Part shown: positions 38,587 through 52,800 of the stretch, in pieces | Layout: every line of letters begins with the position of its first letter | Position numbering within the stretch: position 1 is the first letter of the stretch | Assembly: GCA_023213395.1 (NCBI GenBank) | Contig: CM041465.1 | Location: forward strand, 36,711,741-36,775,740 | Reading direction: 5' to 3' | DNA from: Cycas panzhihuaensis | Lineage: Eukaryota > Plantae > Cycadophyta | DNA length: 64,000 bases | Program-made: the position numbers and the translations under genes | Notes under the pieces: model-generated | The model's input: the letters and a program-made list of their open reading frames with translations, nothing else | What the model was told of the DNA's origin: nothing | Database searches by the model: none

Positions 38587-39469
38587 ATGGATAGAGTATT
38601 GCAAGCATAATACAAATGCAAGTCAAAGATGAGGACACAAAGATCCAATAAAGGATGTAGACTAAGTTTAAATAGACCTTACACAACCTGAGCACTCTCA
38701 AGAAAAGAAGGTAAATGACATGTTTAAGATTATAAGCCTAAAAGTAAAGGAGGAATTAGAATAATAAGGCCCAACCTCTTACAACCTTCAGTCAAACTCA
38801 GTTTGCTTGTAACAAAAGATAATAAGGAGCCACCTACAAGGATGGGCATAGAAATAATGTGCAAATATCCAAATCTTCCTCATGAGAGCTTACTCAAAGA
38901 ATGAATGCCAACAAGACTAATGGGTATAGAAATGCAATGATAAGATTGATGTAAATGGTGAATTAAACCAATGGAGAGTGTACGTATACCAATAATCATG
39001 AGCAACAATGAACTCTTCACAACTCCTTCATAGCTTTGAATGAGCCTCTCAATATCTTTTCCAATCTTAGCCTTGGACAATCGCTTTTGTAACCTAGGAA
39101 TGCCTGAACTAAACTTTGAATTCTTGAACTAAGCTCCAATACTGAATGATGGAATCAAGGATAAAGGGAATAAAGAGAATGCATGAGAGAGTTAACCATT
39201 AACATGATAGAGAAGTGGTACTGATGAACACCAGGGTTTTTAGATCCCATGAATAAATAGATGGGATGTGAGCGAGATGTGGCATACCACCCAATGTCTA
39301 CCACTCACTGGCATTGATAAACGTTAGAAAGGATGCCACCAATATTTGACAAGGTGCAACTGAGTGCAGTTAGGATTTGACATAGAGCTGCCATGATATC
39401 TAGGTTATCATCCCAATGTGGGCAATTAACCCTAGGTAGATATGAGCCCTAATGAGCATTATTTTAACA

Positions 39470-41135
39470 TTATCAAAGTAAAAGCCAAGAGGATATTATA
39501 CATGGAGTCTTAGTTCAAAAGATCATATGCATTACACATATCTAACTTAATTAACATGCCATTTTTCTTAATATGTTTAAGAGTATGAATAGATTACAAT
39601 GCCACAATAGTGCCACCTAGGATTTATCTTCTAACCACAAAGCTTCCTTTCTCCTTGGATATTATATTGACTAGGATCTCTTTTATCCTATTATCCATAA
39701 CCTTATATATAAGTTTACATGCCATGTTATACAAGGCTATTGGCCTAAATTTGTCTACTATGATAGGAGCCTTATCATTGGGGATATGGGTAATAAAAGT
39801 ACTATTGAAGACCCACAATATTTTCTAGAGTTGCCCACATTCTTTTATAACTCTAACCACATCCACCTTTATAACTTACCAAAATGCTTGGTAGAAGTCT
39901 ATAGGAAACCCATCCAAACCAAGAGGTTTATATAGAGGCATATTAAAGACCATCTCTTAATCTCCTCCTTGATTATCTCCTTGAATAAATCTTTTTCATG
40001 CTCATTGCACAACAACTTTGGGATGGCAAAATAAACTTTTTTACTTACATCTACTTTGGATGCTTGATTTTTGGTAGTTATCTCCCTAAAAAATGATCTT
40101 AGCTCTTCCTTAATCTCTAGTACTAAGTCTAACATATCTATGTCCCTCTTCCTAATCTCAAGGATTTTGTTATAGTTATGATTCCTCAATATGGTTTGAT
40201 GAAAGAAAAAAACTATTATATCTCCTTCTTGTAACCAATGAACCTTAAACTTTTACTTCCAAAAGAGTTCGTACTTTTTCTCTTGGTTGTCAATTTCTTA
40301 AAGAAGGTTTTCCTCTCGTATTGCTAGATCATCTTAGATCCCTCTCTTATAATTTCCTCCTAGACATGATTCATCTTCTTATCAAGCATCCTCTTCAATT
40401 TAAAAATATTACCAAAGACCTATCTATTACAACTTTTGATTTTATTTTTAAGGAATTTAAATTTTTGCTTTAATTGAAACATGAAGAAGCCCACTCCTAG
40501 GTCCCCTTCTCACCACCACTATTTAATATTATCTTCAAACTTAAGATGAGATAACCATATTTTCTTAAATTTAAATAGAGAGTTTCAAGGCCTTTCACCC
40601 TCCATAACACTGAGTCTTATTGGCTAGTGGTTTGAGCCCCCTCCCTAAGAATGTTAGACTCAATGATGTTGTTTGTGTTAATCAACCTCTCATATTAAAC
40701 AAGAACTTATTAAGCCTTTCATCAATCTAGGCATTTCCTCCTTTTCTATTTTTCTAGGTAAAAGGACCTTCCTTTGGTAGGACATCAACTATCTCTTACT
40801 TAAGGATCCATTCTTAGAGGGCCACACCAACTTAATCAAACCTCCTAATCCCCATTTTCTTCTTACTCAACTTAGGGATCCAGTTAAAGTCACTTCCTAA
40901 AATCCATAAAACATTTAATGAATCTTTTGGACTTCCTCTAGAGAATCCCAATATTTTACCTTATATTCTAACATGATTAGAGTATAAATATTAGTAACTA
41001 AAACCAAAAAACTAGAGATAATAAATGAAGATTAACTAGTTATCCACTATCTAGCACCTTCATTGTGTTATAGATAGACTTTTTTAGGATCCCAAAGAGT
41101 AACTAGCCCTCTTGAAGCTCTAATAGAACTGATAG
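39470..41135 (-). mobile_element. Minus-strand L1, middle segment (endonuclease C-terminal part, RT N-terminal half)
   Basis: RASRGLVTLWDP, VTNIY, WILGSDFN, FKFKKIWLSH, WLQEGD, LGLDGFPIDFYQAFW, RPIALYN, GMLIKLDM; joins the 3' segment across TSD TTATC. Confidence 0.9.
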
Positions 41136-44100
41136 TGTTTCCCAACCACTAGGAATGGATTAGGATGCCATCACACAGGTAAGATCAGGTATATATTTTA
41201 TCCCTTATATTCTATCACATTTTTATAATTATTATGGTAGGGGATACTTGTATGCTTACTTAATCCCCTTGCTTGTGCATGTACTCATGCTTATGACAAT
41301 CAGGACTCATGTCCAATGGCACCATTGAGCTCCCATGGTTAATCTCCTCTTGGAAATAAGTCCCTCACATGCCTCTGTAGCTTAGTTTGGGTGATTATCG
41401 GCTCATTTTGTGCCTTCTTATAGCATCTTGTCCCTTTTCGTTGTGCCTCACCTACCCCTTAAACCACCAAAGTTAGCCTATTGAGGTTTCTGATGGAGAG
41501 ATGCTCTTTATTACTCACTCTGTATGAGGCTTGTTTGTAAATTTCATTGATGTTGATGGTTTGGTTTTTATATATACCTTGGAACCCTTGTTTACCATCG
41601 TTTTAATGAGTTCTACCTCATTTTGATATGTTTCTCATGTGTTTCCATTAGCTTTTTATTTGTAGCACAACTTGAAACTGGCCTACAGGTCCTTAGGGAG
41701 GAATCCCAAACTCTAACAGTTAGCCCCTCCATTTGTTTCAGTATTATTTATTAAGATTTTATCAATTTTTATTAAAATTTATTAATCTGCCACCTTTTTT
41801 GTATACACTACTCTGATTATTATGCCCTGCTAATATATTAACAATGTTGCTAATATATTAGCAGTGCTACGAATAAATTTACGGTGTGATTATTATAACT
41901 TTAAATATGATCAGAAATAGTTAAAATTGCATTTATTGTAGGCCTAACATCAGATCTGACCTCAGGACCAGCCCAGATCGGGCCCCAATGGTCCCAAGAC
42001 CTTACCTAATCCATAAAAACTTGAATTTAAATTATTTTTTTCTCTTCTTCAACTCATTTCCTAAAAAACGTTACACTTTTCTCTCAAAAACTCTCATCCT
42101 TTGTAGGTCTACTTATAGTCCATGCATATAACAGAATTTAGTAAAGGAAAGAAAGCACGATTAATCTCAACAATAGAATTAGATCAAACACAAGTTATCA
42201 AGCCTCAAAGAAAACTTGGTTTCTTCTCTTAAAATGTAAAATTTTTTTCTCCAAAACTCTTGTTTCACAAGCTAAAAGCTCTCACCTACATCGATCCTTC
42301 TTTCATTCAAAGAGATAAGTCATTCTTGTGATTTTGTTGCCAAATACCAAAGTTTTATTTTATCCTTTTGATTAGTTAATGTATTTCTTAACGATTTTCC
42401 AATTTAGAAATTCCTTTTGTCATCATTAGGAGTAGATCTGTCACAAATCTTAGAGGCAATCCCTCTCTCTACCACAAAACTTCTAGTTTCATCCTCCAAA
42501 TAATTAGTTGTTGACAAAAAGAGGGTAGAAGTGGCTAGAGGAGATTATAGAGAGGACATTAGGCTTGAGTTCTAGCTCCAAAAGCACCCTTCCACTAGGG
42601 TAATCCCCTCCTCAATACTAGCTCATGTCCCTCTTATTCACGCCTCAACTAGTACAATACTTGGATGCGAAGCTTACAGCTTTCTTCTTTAGTGATTCAT
42701 CACCATTCCTCAAAGATTTTACCCTTAAGAAACTACCACTCAGCTATGAGACCCTATTTGCCATTTGGGAGAAACCTAGATTGTAGTGGAGCTTGCCATT
42801 CCAAGGCAATGCTCTCACTCCTTCCTACCCCTTGCTTTTCTTACTCATTGCATATTGTATGTCATACTAGGTAGCAAAATATTATTTATAATCTTGCCCT
42901 ATTATTACACAACTAAACAAACATACTAAACATCTTTTATTAGTAGGTTAGTATGCATATATGAATATTTATTTCTCATGGAAGTTGTTTGTTATGTGAT
43001 TTAGGTGGAAGCGGATCCATTTGCAAACCGAGTGATTTCTACTAAGAGGTAATATTGTTTCTCGTTTTGGTTTATGTTGCATCTCCTTTTTTGCTACCTT
43101 CTTTTTTATTTCATTTTGTTTATTCAAACTTGGTGAAGGTAAGGAAGCCCTACCGAAACACCGTCGTCAACACTTTTATAACAAGAGGAGTGAAGTTATT
43201 GACAAAGAGGGTGCATAGAGAAAGAGTTGTGCCACTCCATCAATCGTTAATAATCTGGGTGCACTACGTTCAACCCTTCCTCTCTTCGCTCCTTTCACCC
43301 CCTCTTTCCCTTGAATAAAAATATGCTAAAAGGAAAAGTATTCTATTTTATTTATTTTATGTACTTGCATATCATAGAAAGAAGGAAAGCACAACATAAA
43401 CTAAGCCTCCTTTCTCCTCTTCTCTTGTATTAGAAGCAAAGTTTTGCATACTTCCTCCTTCCCTTTGACTTTGCATGTTGGATATTAAAATGATAAAAGC
43501 AAAGTGTGCTTGATTCCTTCCTTGCACTAATAGGAAATATTATTACGTCCCTCTTATTAGTTGTATTTATAAAAGGAACTAGTTGTATATAGGCAGTCAT
43601 TGCATTCTCTCTCTTCCCTTTCATCCCCTTAAATAATCTTTCGAGAGAAAAGGAATTGAGAGCGAGGGAGAGTAGTTAATTTACTTTGGCATTGTCTTTT
43701 ATTTGCATCATAAACATTATAATTGTAAATATCACAACAATCGTTGATTAGAAACAAACCTCCCTTACAACAAACGACCAAGCACCAACCTACCTCTCTT
43801 CCTCTTGTAACTCAAAGGGAAGTCCAAAACCTAGTTGCAACCAAACAATTGCAACATCTTCCCACTCCATACATCTAACACCATAAACCTTAACTTCTTA
43901 AGGGTAACCCTTTATGTACTAAACCACCTACCTTGGACTCTCATTTACAACAATCCTCGCCCCTTCTTTCTTATTTCTAGGGTTTCTTTCCATAAGGAAC
44001 CGTTATTCTTTTGTTTCTACTTCAAAAGGAGATTTTTTTCCCCCTCTTTCACCCTAAAGATAGGAGAGCCCTACCTTGGATACTCAGCAACCTGAGGACC

Positions 44101-44300
44101 CCTTTCTTACTCCCTTTATTTCACACCAAGGAGACCCTTTAGAAGAGAGGTAGCCTATGCATGATTGTGGTTCCTCGAACCTGTGTTCTGATGAACGGAT
44201 GCCCTTTAAGGGTATCTTGGCCACTTTCTTTCCTCCTATTTGTAGCTTCCAAAGCTAGTGGGATAGTTAAGACCTAGTAACCCCTAGAGACCCACTTCCA
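41136..44300 (+). repeat. 5' LTR of the Tat-like element
   Basis: Colinear with 58.4-61.5 kb; starts TG right after the TSD and ends ...cttcca before the PBS. Confidence 0.85.
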
Positions 44301-45499
44301 CTAGCGATCATACTTGGGACTGCCAGTAAAGGAAAACTATAATTCCCCTTTTTGTTAGTGTTAGCCTCCATCTTTTCCTTCTGTACCTCATAAATTCATT
44401 AGGCAACCCTCAATGCCTTCACCATTTTATTTGTCTTATTTCATTTGTGGCTTTTTGTAGGTGAGATGTGAGTGTGATATTTCTCTCACCGCTGGTGAGG
44501 TCTTCCCTCCATCTTGGAAGAACCTTTATATTCCTCTATCCCTTCATTTGATTCTGAATAAAAAACGGAGGAATACCCATTAAAGTAGGTATACCATGCC
44601 TATGTCTCTGAAACCCAAGCTCAAACTTCAAGTTCCCTCCAAGATCCTTCCCAAGAGGGCGAAGATCCTATTTTCTATTTGGTTGACCAAGAGCACCCAA
44701 ATTTTCACCTGTTCCTTACGCATGACATAAGTGCATCTACCTCCATGGAATACTATCACCTCAGTGAGAGTTCCCATGAGGATCGACTTATGGGCCTTGC
44801 CTCATATGAGGAGCCCTCCACTTTGTATGAATAAGCAAGACCCCTCTTACAGATGTGGTAGATGCATCGTGTTAATGTTTCAAAGCTACAAGCACCCAAC
44901 CACACCCTAAGTGGTTGGATGACCTCCTTTAGATCGTATTGTCTTTATCTATACCCGCACCTTCCATTTTATCTCAACCATCATCCATAGCCATGATAGG
45001 ACTTGCTCTTATCATTTCTTCCTCTTCGCATGCCCCTCATGTCCAAGGGGCTCCCCAAGGCATGCCCATATCCCAAACTGGGTTGAGTATGTCCCTTCCA
45101 AACTAGATGATCATGTCTCAACCTATCATGGTCTACACTCCTTTCATACAACCTAGGGGACTATCACATCCCCAATCCTTAGGCCACGTAGGACCTATTC
45201 CTGTGCGTCCTTGTCTATAACTGATGGACTCTTCCCTTTATATGCTACCAGGGTACATGTCCCAACCTTGGGGACATGGAAAGGAAAACCCTCTTCCAGT
45301 TTATGAGGTGGATTTGCTATACCTTTATGGAGTTGAACCTCTGATAGGTGGCTTATATGGTCAAAACCCTATACCTTATCTACTTTCCTCATCTTCATGT
45401 TTGACCTTGTATACGATACCTTCCTGAGGAGGATCTGTCCCTCCTCAAGACCCTTACTTTCATATGCCCTCCCAATAAGGGGTATACCCTTTAGGCAAA

Positions 45500-46200
45500 A
45501 TGGGATTGTCTCACCTGCCTCCCTTCTATCCAGCCTTCCCTCAAATGGGAATGACTCCTTCCCACCAAGTAGGTGGGAATCCTTATCCCTCATATGCTCA
45601 AACCCCTCAAGGAGGAATCAAGTATCTGTATATGCCTCCTTCCATGCCTTTAGTTAACCCTCTAGATCAACTGAGGGTTTATCCTTTCGTTGACTATAGG
45701 TCAACCCCATTATCAATTGAGGCACTTAGGACTAACCTACCACCCCACCCTCTTAAGGTGCTTAAATTTGATAGCACCTTATCACAAGACCCAACTAACC
45801 ATATCAGGAGTTTCTCCATGGCATGCATTGATTCTTGGGCCTATGACCACATATTAATAAAATTATTTCTATGTTCTTTGCATGGAGATGCCCTTAAATG
45901 GTTTTATAGTCTCCCTACTCATTCAATCCACTCCTTTTAGCAGCTTGTAGATGAATTTGTTAACTACTTTGATGTAGCTTATCCCTTCGAGAATGGGATC
46001 AAAGCCCTACTCTCCCTCAAACAAGGTCACGATGAAATGATTTCCTCCAGTCCACAAAGGCCATGTTGCTCGAGGAACTGAAGAGGGATATTTTCATGAA
46101 TGCTCTCCATTTTGAAGTCCACATCAAGGTCCTCAAAATGGCAGCGATAACGTGTGAGTCTACCATAGTGAAATGTTTGGTGCTAGAGGCTATTAAGATC
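45500..46200 (+). pseudogene. gag: Retrotransposon gag (Tat-like)
   Basis: KFDSTLSQDPTNHIRSF...LIKLFLCSLHGDALKWFYSLPTHSIHSF*QLVDEF. Confidence 0.85.
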
Positions 46201-47239
46201 TAGGAAGGTCTTAAGAAGCCTCTTAGGTCGTCGCAACAATGTGTGGCACCCCTTTTGTCATGCAACCAATAACCCCAATAACCTCCAAGGCCCCTAACCC
46301 ATACAATGGAGAGGACCTTGGATCCCTTAACCTCTTTCATATGTTCATTTGAATGTACAATGGAGGAGCTAAAGCTTTAATCCTCCCAGCCACCTTTGGA
46401 TTCTCGTAGGCCTATTCATCAGGCATCCCAAGTTGCATTGCCTAAAGGCAAAAATACCTAAACCTCTCAGGAAAGGAGGAAAAAACCCTCCCCTGAGAAG
46501 AAATGGTGCTCCGTCCATGGTGATTGCCTTCATGAATATTCATAATGTTTGGGTACAACACCTCGAGCTTGCCCTACAATGTGATGCTTCTCCTAAATGA
46601 GCATCTAGGCCTAACTTAGACCAACCCATTCATTGTGATCCCTTCCTTACACATAGGGAACAAGATTAATCCACTCAAAATAAAGGGCCAAGGATAGGGG
46701 ATAATCTCCTAACCCCACTACTGAGAAAGCGAAGGGAAAGGAGGTAAGGGATTCATCTTCTACTACTAGTTCTTATCCCTAATCTTCCTCATCATCTCAA
46801 CCCTGAAACAAGGGGAAGCGAATTATTCAGATACTTGAGACTACCCCTTTGTGCCTAATCACAATGTCTTAAGTAGTTAAGGAGGCTGTCAGGTCCTCCG
46901 CTTCCCAACAAAACCTTCCTGCAGATAATCCACCCTCTGAGATCCTTATGGTCCCTAAGACCATTCTCGTTTACCCTAGGCCCTATGACTTTCGAAGGGC
47001 ACTTCCCAACCTATCGGGGAGAGGAAGTCCTTCTCTATAGTCGATGAGCTCCATACCATGGCTATAGGAATGTCCATAATGGATGTCTTGCAGAGTTGCC
47101 TTGAGCAATGCACCCTTCTTTTTGAGGATTTGGGTCAAACTAATGCTTCTATCCATGCTTTGGGTGCTGCCCTAAACTGGGAACCCCTCATTGCTTTTGA
47201 CCTTAAAGATCTTCCATTTGTAAGTGAGAGGGAGTCCTA

Positions 47240-47717
47240 ATGGGACTACCCCTTCACCATTTCCATTGACACTCCTGAGTGTACCCTTAGAATGACCATT
47301 ATAGATAATGGGTCCTCGGTTAATGATATGCTCATTCATATGCTCAAGGAGCTACGCATAGAGGCTCTTAAGTTTATCCCTTGGAAATGTCAAGGATATG
47401 ATAGAACTCATAAGTCTCCCTTAGGGACAGTCCCCCTTTCACTTACCTTAGAAGGGAAGACCATTTTTATAGATGTTGTTGTACTTGATATTGATGTTAA
47501 GTATAACCTCATGTTAGGTCGACTATGGCTTGATCAAATAGGAGCTATTTGCTCCTCACACTGGAGGCAACTTAAGTTTGTCTATGAAGAACAAGTTAAA
47601 GTTATCCCCTATGAGTCTCCTCCCTGTTACACCTCTTATCTTGCCTGCCAGGTTATCTTTGATGACGAAGATAATAATCTTGAGGAGGTTGCCCCCTCTG
47701 TGAGGACTCTTTTCTAG
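47240..47717 (+). pseudogene. Aspartic protease (Tat/Athila-type)
   Basis: IIDNGSSVN...GTVPLSLTL...YNLMLGRLWLDQIGAICSSHWRQLKF. Confidence 0.85.
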
Positions 47718-49899
47718 GAGAATGACCCTCACCAAGAGGAACCTATGCCTCATCATAAACCAAATCTAGTTAGGATTGCCCCTATTAGTATAGGTAACTA
47801 TGGTTACCTAGCTGTCATGGGTGATTATGATCCAGATAGTAAGGACCATGAGCCTCCTTCTCGTCATGTTACCTTGATTTCATGCATACTAGGGAGATGT
47901 CCTAATTTGACATTCCCTCTTCTCTTTATTCAACATTGGCTCTCAAGTTGTTGGTTCTAAACTAGCCATTTCTTTTACCTTTTCTCCCTCCCTGAGCATC
48001 TTCATGTAGGTATGCATATTGATGAACCGCTTGTAGAGGCACTTCTTCTTCATGCTCTAGATCCTCATCAAGGACTAGAGCCCATCCCACCTAGACATAA
48101 CCTTACCATATAATCCATCATACATTGAGCTATTTGTGTCATCCTGGTTTCAACCAAACCCATTCTACCTATAGGTCTAGCCACACAAAGCCCACCCTTC
48201 ATCATCCACCTCCATGCGTGGGGTGATTCTTTCTCCTTTCTAAAAGAGCTCATCCCTCGCTCTAAAATAAGCCTAAACTACCTCCCAAACACTTTGCCAT
48301 GCCCTTATATTAGGGGCATGACATGTGTTCATATCTTGGGTCGCTTCGTATATTTATGAGGAAGCCATGCCCCTTTCTAAAGGAGCTGCTTACCCCCCTT
48401 CAACAACAAAACATCCCCTTTTATTCATATATTAGTGGTTATTCAGTTGTATCAATTTGCCTGCACACTCGTGGTTAGGCTTTCATCTAAGGATGTGACT
48501 TAGCCTACTTCTGAGCATGAGTTGCTACTTGGGAAATCCCTTGGGGATAGTCCATATCCCCGCTTGATTATTTCTTGGGATATATGTACCCACCTAGTTG
48601 CTTTCTTAGTAGGATCTCCATGTCCCATCTCAAGAACATACACGATCCCCTCGCTCTATTCTCATACAAGGTCACTTACTACATAAGGGTGATCGTGTGT
48701 GCCTAGTGCAAATGCCATGCTATATAAAAGAAAGCATCCCAGGTACAAGCATCTATATATACATGATACAACAAAATATAAATCAATCTATACTATGATA
48801 TCTATATCCATATATCAAGGATCATCAAAATAAGGAAAATATGTCAAAATGGAATACCAATGTGGCCCCTGTATATATCTACAAAATAAATAATGGTACA
48901 AAATATTGGCACCATGTACTTGAGGAAGTTGGAATCCTTATAGGGAGTAAGTATAATCATACATCTATGTGTGGCATGGGACCCACTAGAGGTCTAAGGC
49001 TTTTCTATCTAAAAAACCTATAATATAATAGTCATGTGAGGTTGCCATACCCTCATAGTGAATCCTCTCCTAGTGTGTCTGCTCCCTTACCTATAGACTA
49101 CATCCTTCCCAAGCTTCTCCTCCTCCTCTGAGAGGTCCTAGCCTTGCTCCCCTTATCTCTTACCCTCCTTTGGGATGGTGTCACCATGTGAATCCTGCTA
49201 CACGAGGATCGTGCAACCATCTAGTCAACTAACTGATCATACCTCTCCTGTAGTTTGTTTCTCTCACTTAGTAATAGGTCCCTCTCCCTCTCTATCCCAT
49301 GAATCTTCTCCCTCATCCATAGGGTAAGCCCTTAACGAGCCTGGTATCCTACCTATAGGGCTTTCCTATCTTTTCGTGGTTGGTCTTCCAAGTTATTGTG
49401 AATTATAGAAGCCTTTCTGTCCACTCTCCTTCCTTCTTATAACCACTTCTTTACATATAAAAAGTTGTTTCTTATTGTTATGACTCTGCTCATGGTAGGA
49501 TACCACTCCTTAATAACAATCACACATCAATATAACATGCAAATAACTCCAAAAGAGTACTTGTATTGTAATACCCTTCGAGGAGCCAACCTCCCAATTA
49601 CATGCAATAACAATGATATTTTAGATACCCTACTATAAAGATTATATAAATATATATATATGGTTCTATACTCACTACACAACCTCCTCCTTATGTATGT
49701 GGGATATTACATGAATATATATAGTGCTAAATAACCACTACACAAGCTTCTACTTATGTATGTGGGATATTAAGAAGAGGGAAGAAGTAGAAGAAATAGA
49801 AGATATAAGAGAAGATAAGAGAGATAAGAAGTAGAAGATATAAGAGAATATAAGAGAAGGTAAGTTAGGGGTTGGATCCCTAACAAAGTCCTCCCTTAA

Positions 49900-52800
49900 A
49901 AAAACTTTTCCCTTAAAGCTTAGTGATCTCAGGATGCTCTTGGATAAATTGTTCATTCTCCCAGGTTACATCATCTTGTGGAAGTTGTTTCCATTTGATA
50001 AGATACTTAATGATTTACCTAGATCGTAGGTGTCAAATTCTTCAATCTATAATACATTCTAGAATGAGTTGAAGTTGCCCCTCCTCATTTAAGATAGGTA
50101 ATTCTATTTGAACTTGTACTTGTTACCCAATTACCCCCTTGAGATATGAAACATGGAAGACATTATGGATCCTTAATTGTGGTGGTAAGTCTAAGAAATA
50201 TGCAACTTCACTAATCCTCTTGAGAATTTTATAAAGCCCATAAAATTGAGGTTGTAATTTATGTTACCCATCCCGTTTGAGAGATGCCTACTTATACAGT
50301 TGTAATTGTAAGTATACCCAATCACCTGGTTGAAATGCTCGTTCACTTCACCCTTTATCTACCTATTATTTCATCTAATTTTATGCAAGGTTCAGATTTT
50401 TCTTGAGTAGCTTAAGAATCTGTGTTGTTTGTTGGATGTGCTCCTCGACTTCTTGAACCTTAGAACTGATTATAATATAATTCTTAAGTGTGGGTGGTTC
50501 ATAGCTATATAATACTTAGAATGGAGTCATTCCTACTGATGCATCATAGGTTGTATTATACTACCATTATGCTAAAGGAAGCCAATGATGCCATTGGCCC
50601 TACTTATCTAAAGCATAACAACGAAGGCATCCTTCAAGGTACTTATTAACCACCTCAATTTAACCATCTATTTGTGGATGGTAGGATCATTGTCAGTTTA
50701 GTACCAAGTAGATGGAAAAGTTCTATCCAAAAGTTGCTGGTAAACTTGGGGTCCTGATCACTGACTATACATTTAGGCATGCTATACAACCTATGTATAT
50801 CCTTTAAAAAGATCTCAGCAATTTGCATTACCTTATATGTGGATTGAATTCCATAAAAATGTGCATATTTGGTTAGCTTATCAATAACCACAAGTACAAT
50901 ATCTTTTCCTTCTGACTTGCGCAATTCCACGATGAAGTCCATAGAATTTTTTTCTCATCATTGATTTGGTATAAGAAGGAGTTGCAGCAATCCTGGAGAC
51001 TTGACTGTTTTTATTGCAATATGAGGAAATATATCTCTTTACATCTCCTTTTTGTCCCTTCCAAAATAAAGATTATTTTAAGCAGTGGTATGTCTGTAGG
51101 AACCCTGAGTGACCTACTATTGGAGAGACATTTATATCATGTAAAATTTGCTCCTTGGGACTAGAGTGAGGGCATATATATATTTGATTCTTATACCAGA
51201 GAATATTTGTAAACCATATATAATGGGTTGAATTCCCCACCCCAGCTTGAAGGTCTTGAATGATCTGATTTATAAACGAGTCATGATCCTACTCCTGCTT
51301 GGCGACCGCTATCCAAGAGGGATTGACCGTGGTGATAGAATATAGTGCAGGGCCTTCTTTCTTATTAGATAAAGCATCAACAACTATATTATTCTTGCCT
51401 TTTTTATATATGATTTTAAAGTCAAAAGCTTGTATTTTGGTGACCCATTTTTGTTGTTCCTCAAATGTCATCCTTTGAGCTAAGAAATATTTTAAGTTAT
51501 TATGGTATATTTTAATTTGGAAATGTGTTCCTAATAAATATTATCACTATTTCCTAATTGCATGGAGAATTGCTAACATTTACTTCTCATAGGTGTATTT
51601 TATTAGAATATTGACAATGCACATTTGTTTTATACCACATGCAAGTGGATTCCACTCTCACTATCTTGACACATATTATAAATACATAACATAGTGTATC
51701 ACATTATATCTGTTGTAATGATATTTTGTTAATACAATGGAGGTACCTTAAGGGTATCGTTTGATCCTGTAGAGGTGCTTTTGTTCTATTTGGTTCTATT
51801 TGTGAATATTATCTTATTGCAGGTTTGATTTCCAACATGGTATCAGAGCACCCAAGTTGAGAGAGGTATTTTGTTCGGTATTGAAGCGGTGATTTGGGAG
51901 GTGCCATCAAGGGTTGAAAGCATATTCAAGAGAATAAACATTAAATTTTTTAAAAAGTAATGGCGAAATTGAGATGAAATGGCTCATTCTATAAAATTTA
52001 AGTGGTTTCACTACAGATTTTAGAGTGAAAGTGTAAAAATTGTAGCAGAATTAATTTCGGCCTCCTTTTTTTTCATCGCCATATTTTTGGGACAGATTTA
52101 CAACTTCAACTTCAAAGAGCCATAACTTTGGCTACATGCATCCAAATGACCTCAATTTTTTTTTTATTCTGTGCATTTTTTAATTTGCTTTCTAATGGAA
52201 GTGGTTTGAGGTTAATCAATGTTTAGAGTGAAAATTTATTAGTAGTTTATCAGAAGGTACTATTACAATCCCTAGAAACCTTAATTATGAAATTCTTAAA
52301 AGGGGTATAACTTTTGATCTAGATATCAGAATTCAATTTCATTTGAACCGTTGGAATTGTATTTCAGAGGTCAACATTTTCATCCATATTTTATGTATTT
52401 TTGAGCTATATTTTTTTCTGAAATAATTAGGAATTTAAGGGTTTCATATTAATATTGTGATGTGAATGAGGCAATGGTAATGAGGTGATATAAGTGTTTT
52501 GCACTCTTAATTGGCAATAGAGTAGTGATATTTGGCATTGGTATAGTGCTATCTTGCATGTGATTTATATAAGTTGGGTAATGTTGTAATATGAGGTGAC
52601 TGTTTGAGGCTCTCTTGCATATGTTGTGCATGGGAGAGTAGTGTTTCGATGTGAGACAACATTAAGTCATGTTGATATGAATGTATTTGGAACTCTATTG
52701 GTGATTTGTGGTGCATGATGATGATTGTTTAATGACAGTTTGAGTTTCCTTTTACATGTGTTTGTATAAGAGAGATATTATGACATAATGTGGTGATAAA

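Larger units (their letters stand above)
32610..39469 (-). mobile_element. Old full-length Ty1/Copia element inserted in the L1 RT
   Basis: Diverged LTRs 32610-32945 and 39147-39469; TSD TTATC (32605-32609 / 39470-39474); degenerate Met PBS 39133-39144; PPT ~32946-32955; gag-PR-INT-RT-RH order. Confidence 0.92.

Noticed and set aside
38305-38701. ORFs with LSLSLS or RERERE runs
   Set aside because: Artefacts of translating the (GA)41 microsatellite.
39221-39230. CTGATGA in an LTR suggesting a hammerhead ribozyme (retrozyme)
   Set aside because: No stem II with GAAA follows, and the partner LTR has ttgatga.
42665-43624. ORFs repeated at 59885-60835
   Set aside because: They lie in the paired LTRs; their starts and stops differ between copies and they contain no recognisable domain.
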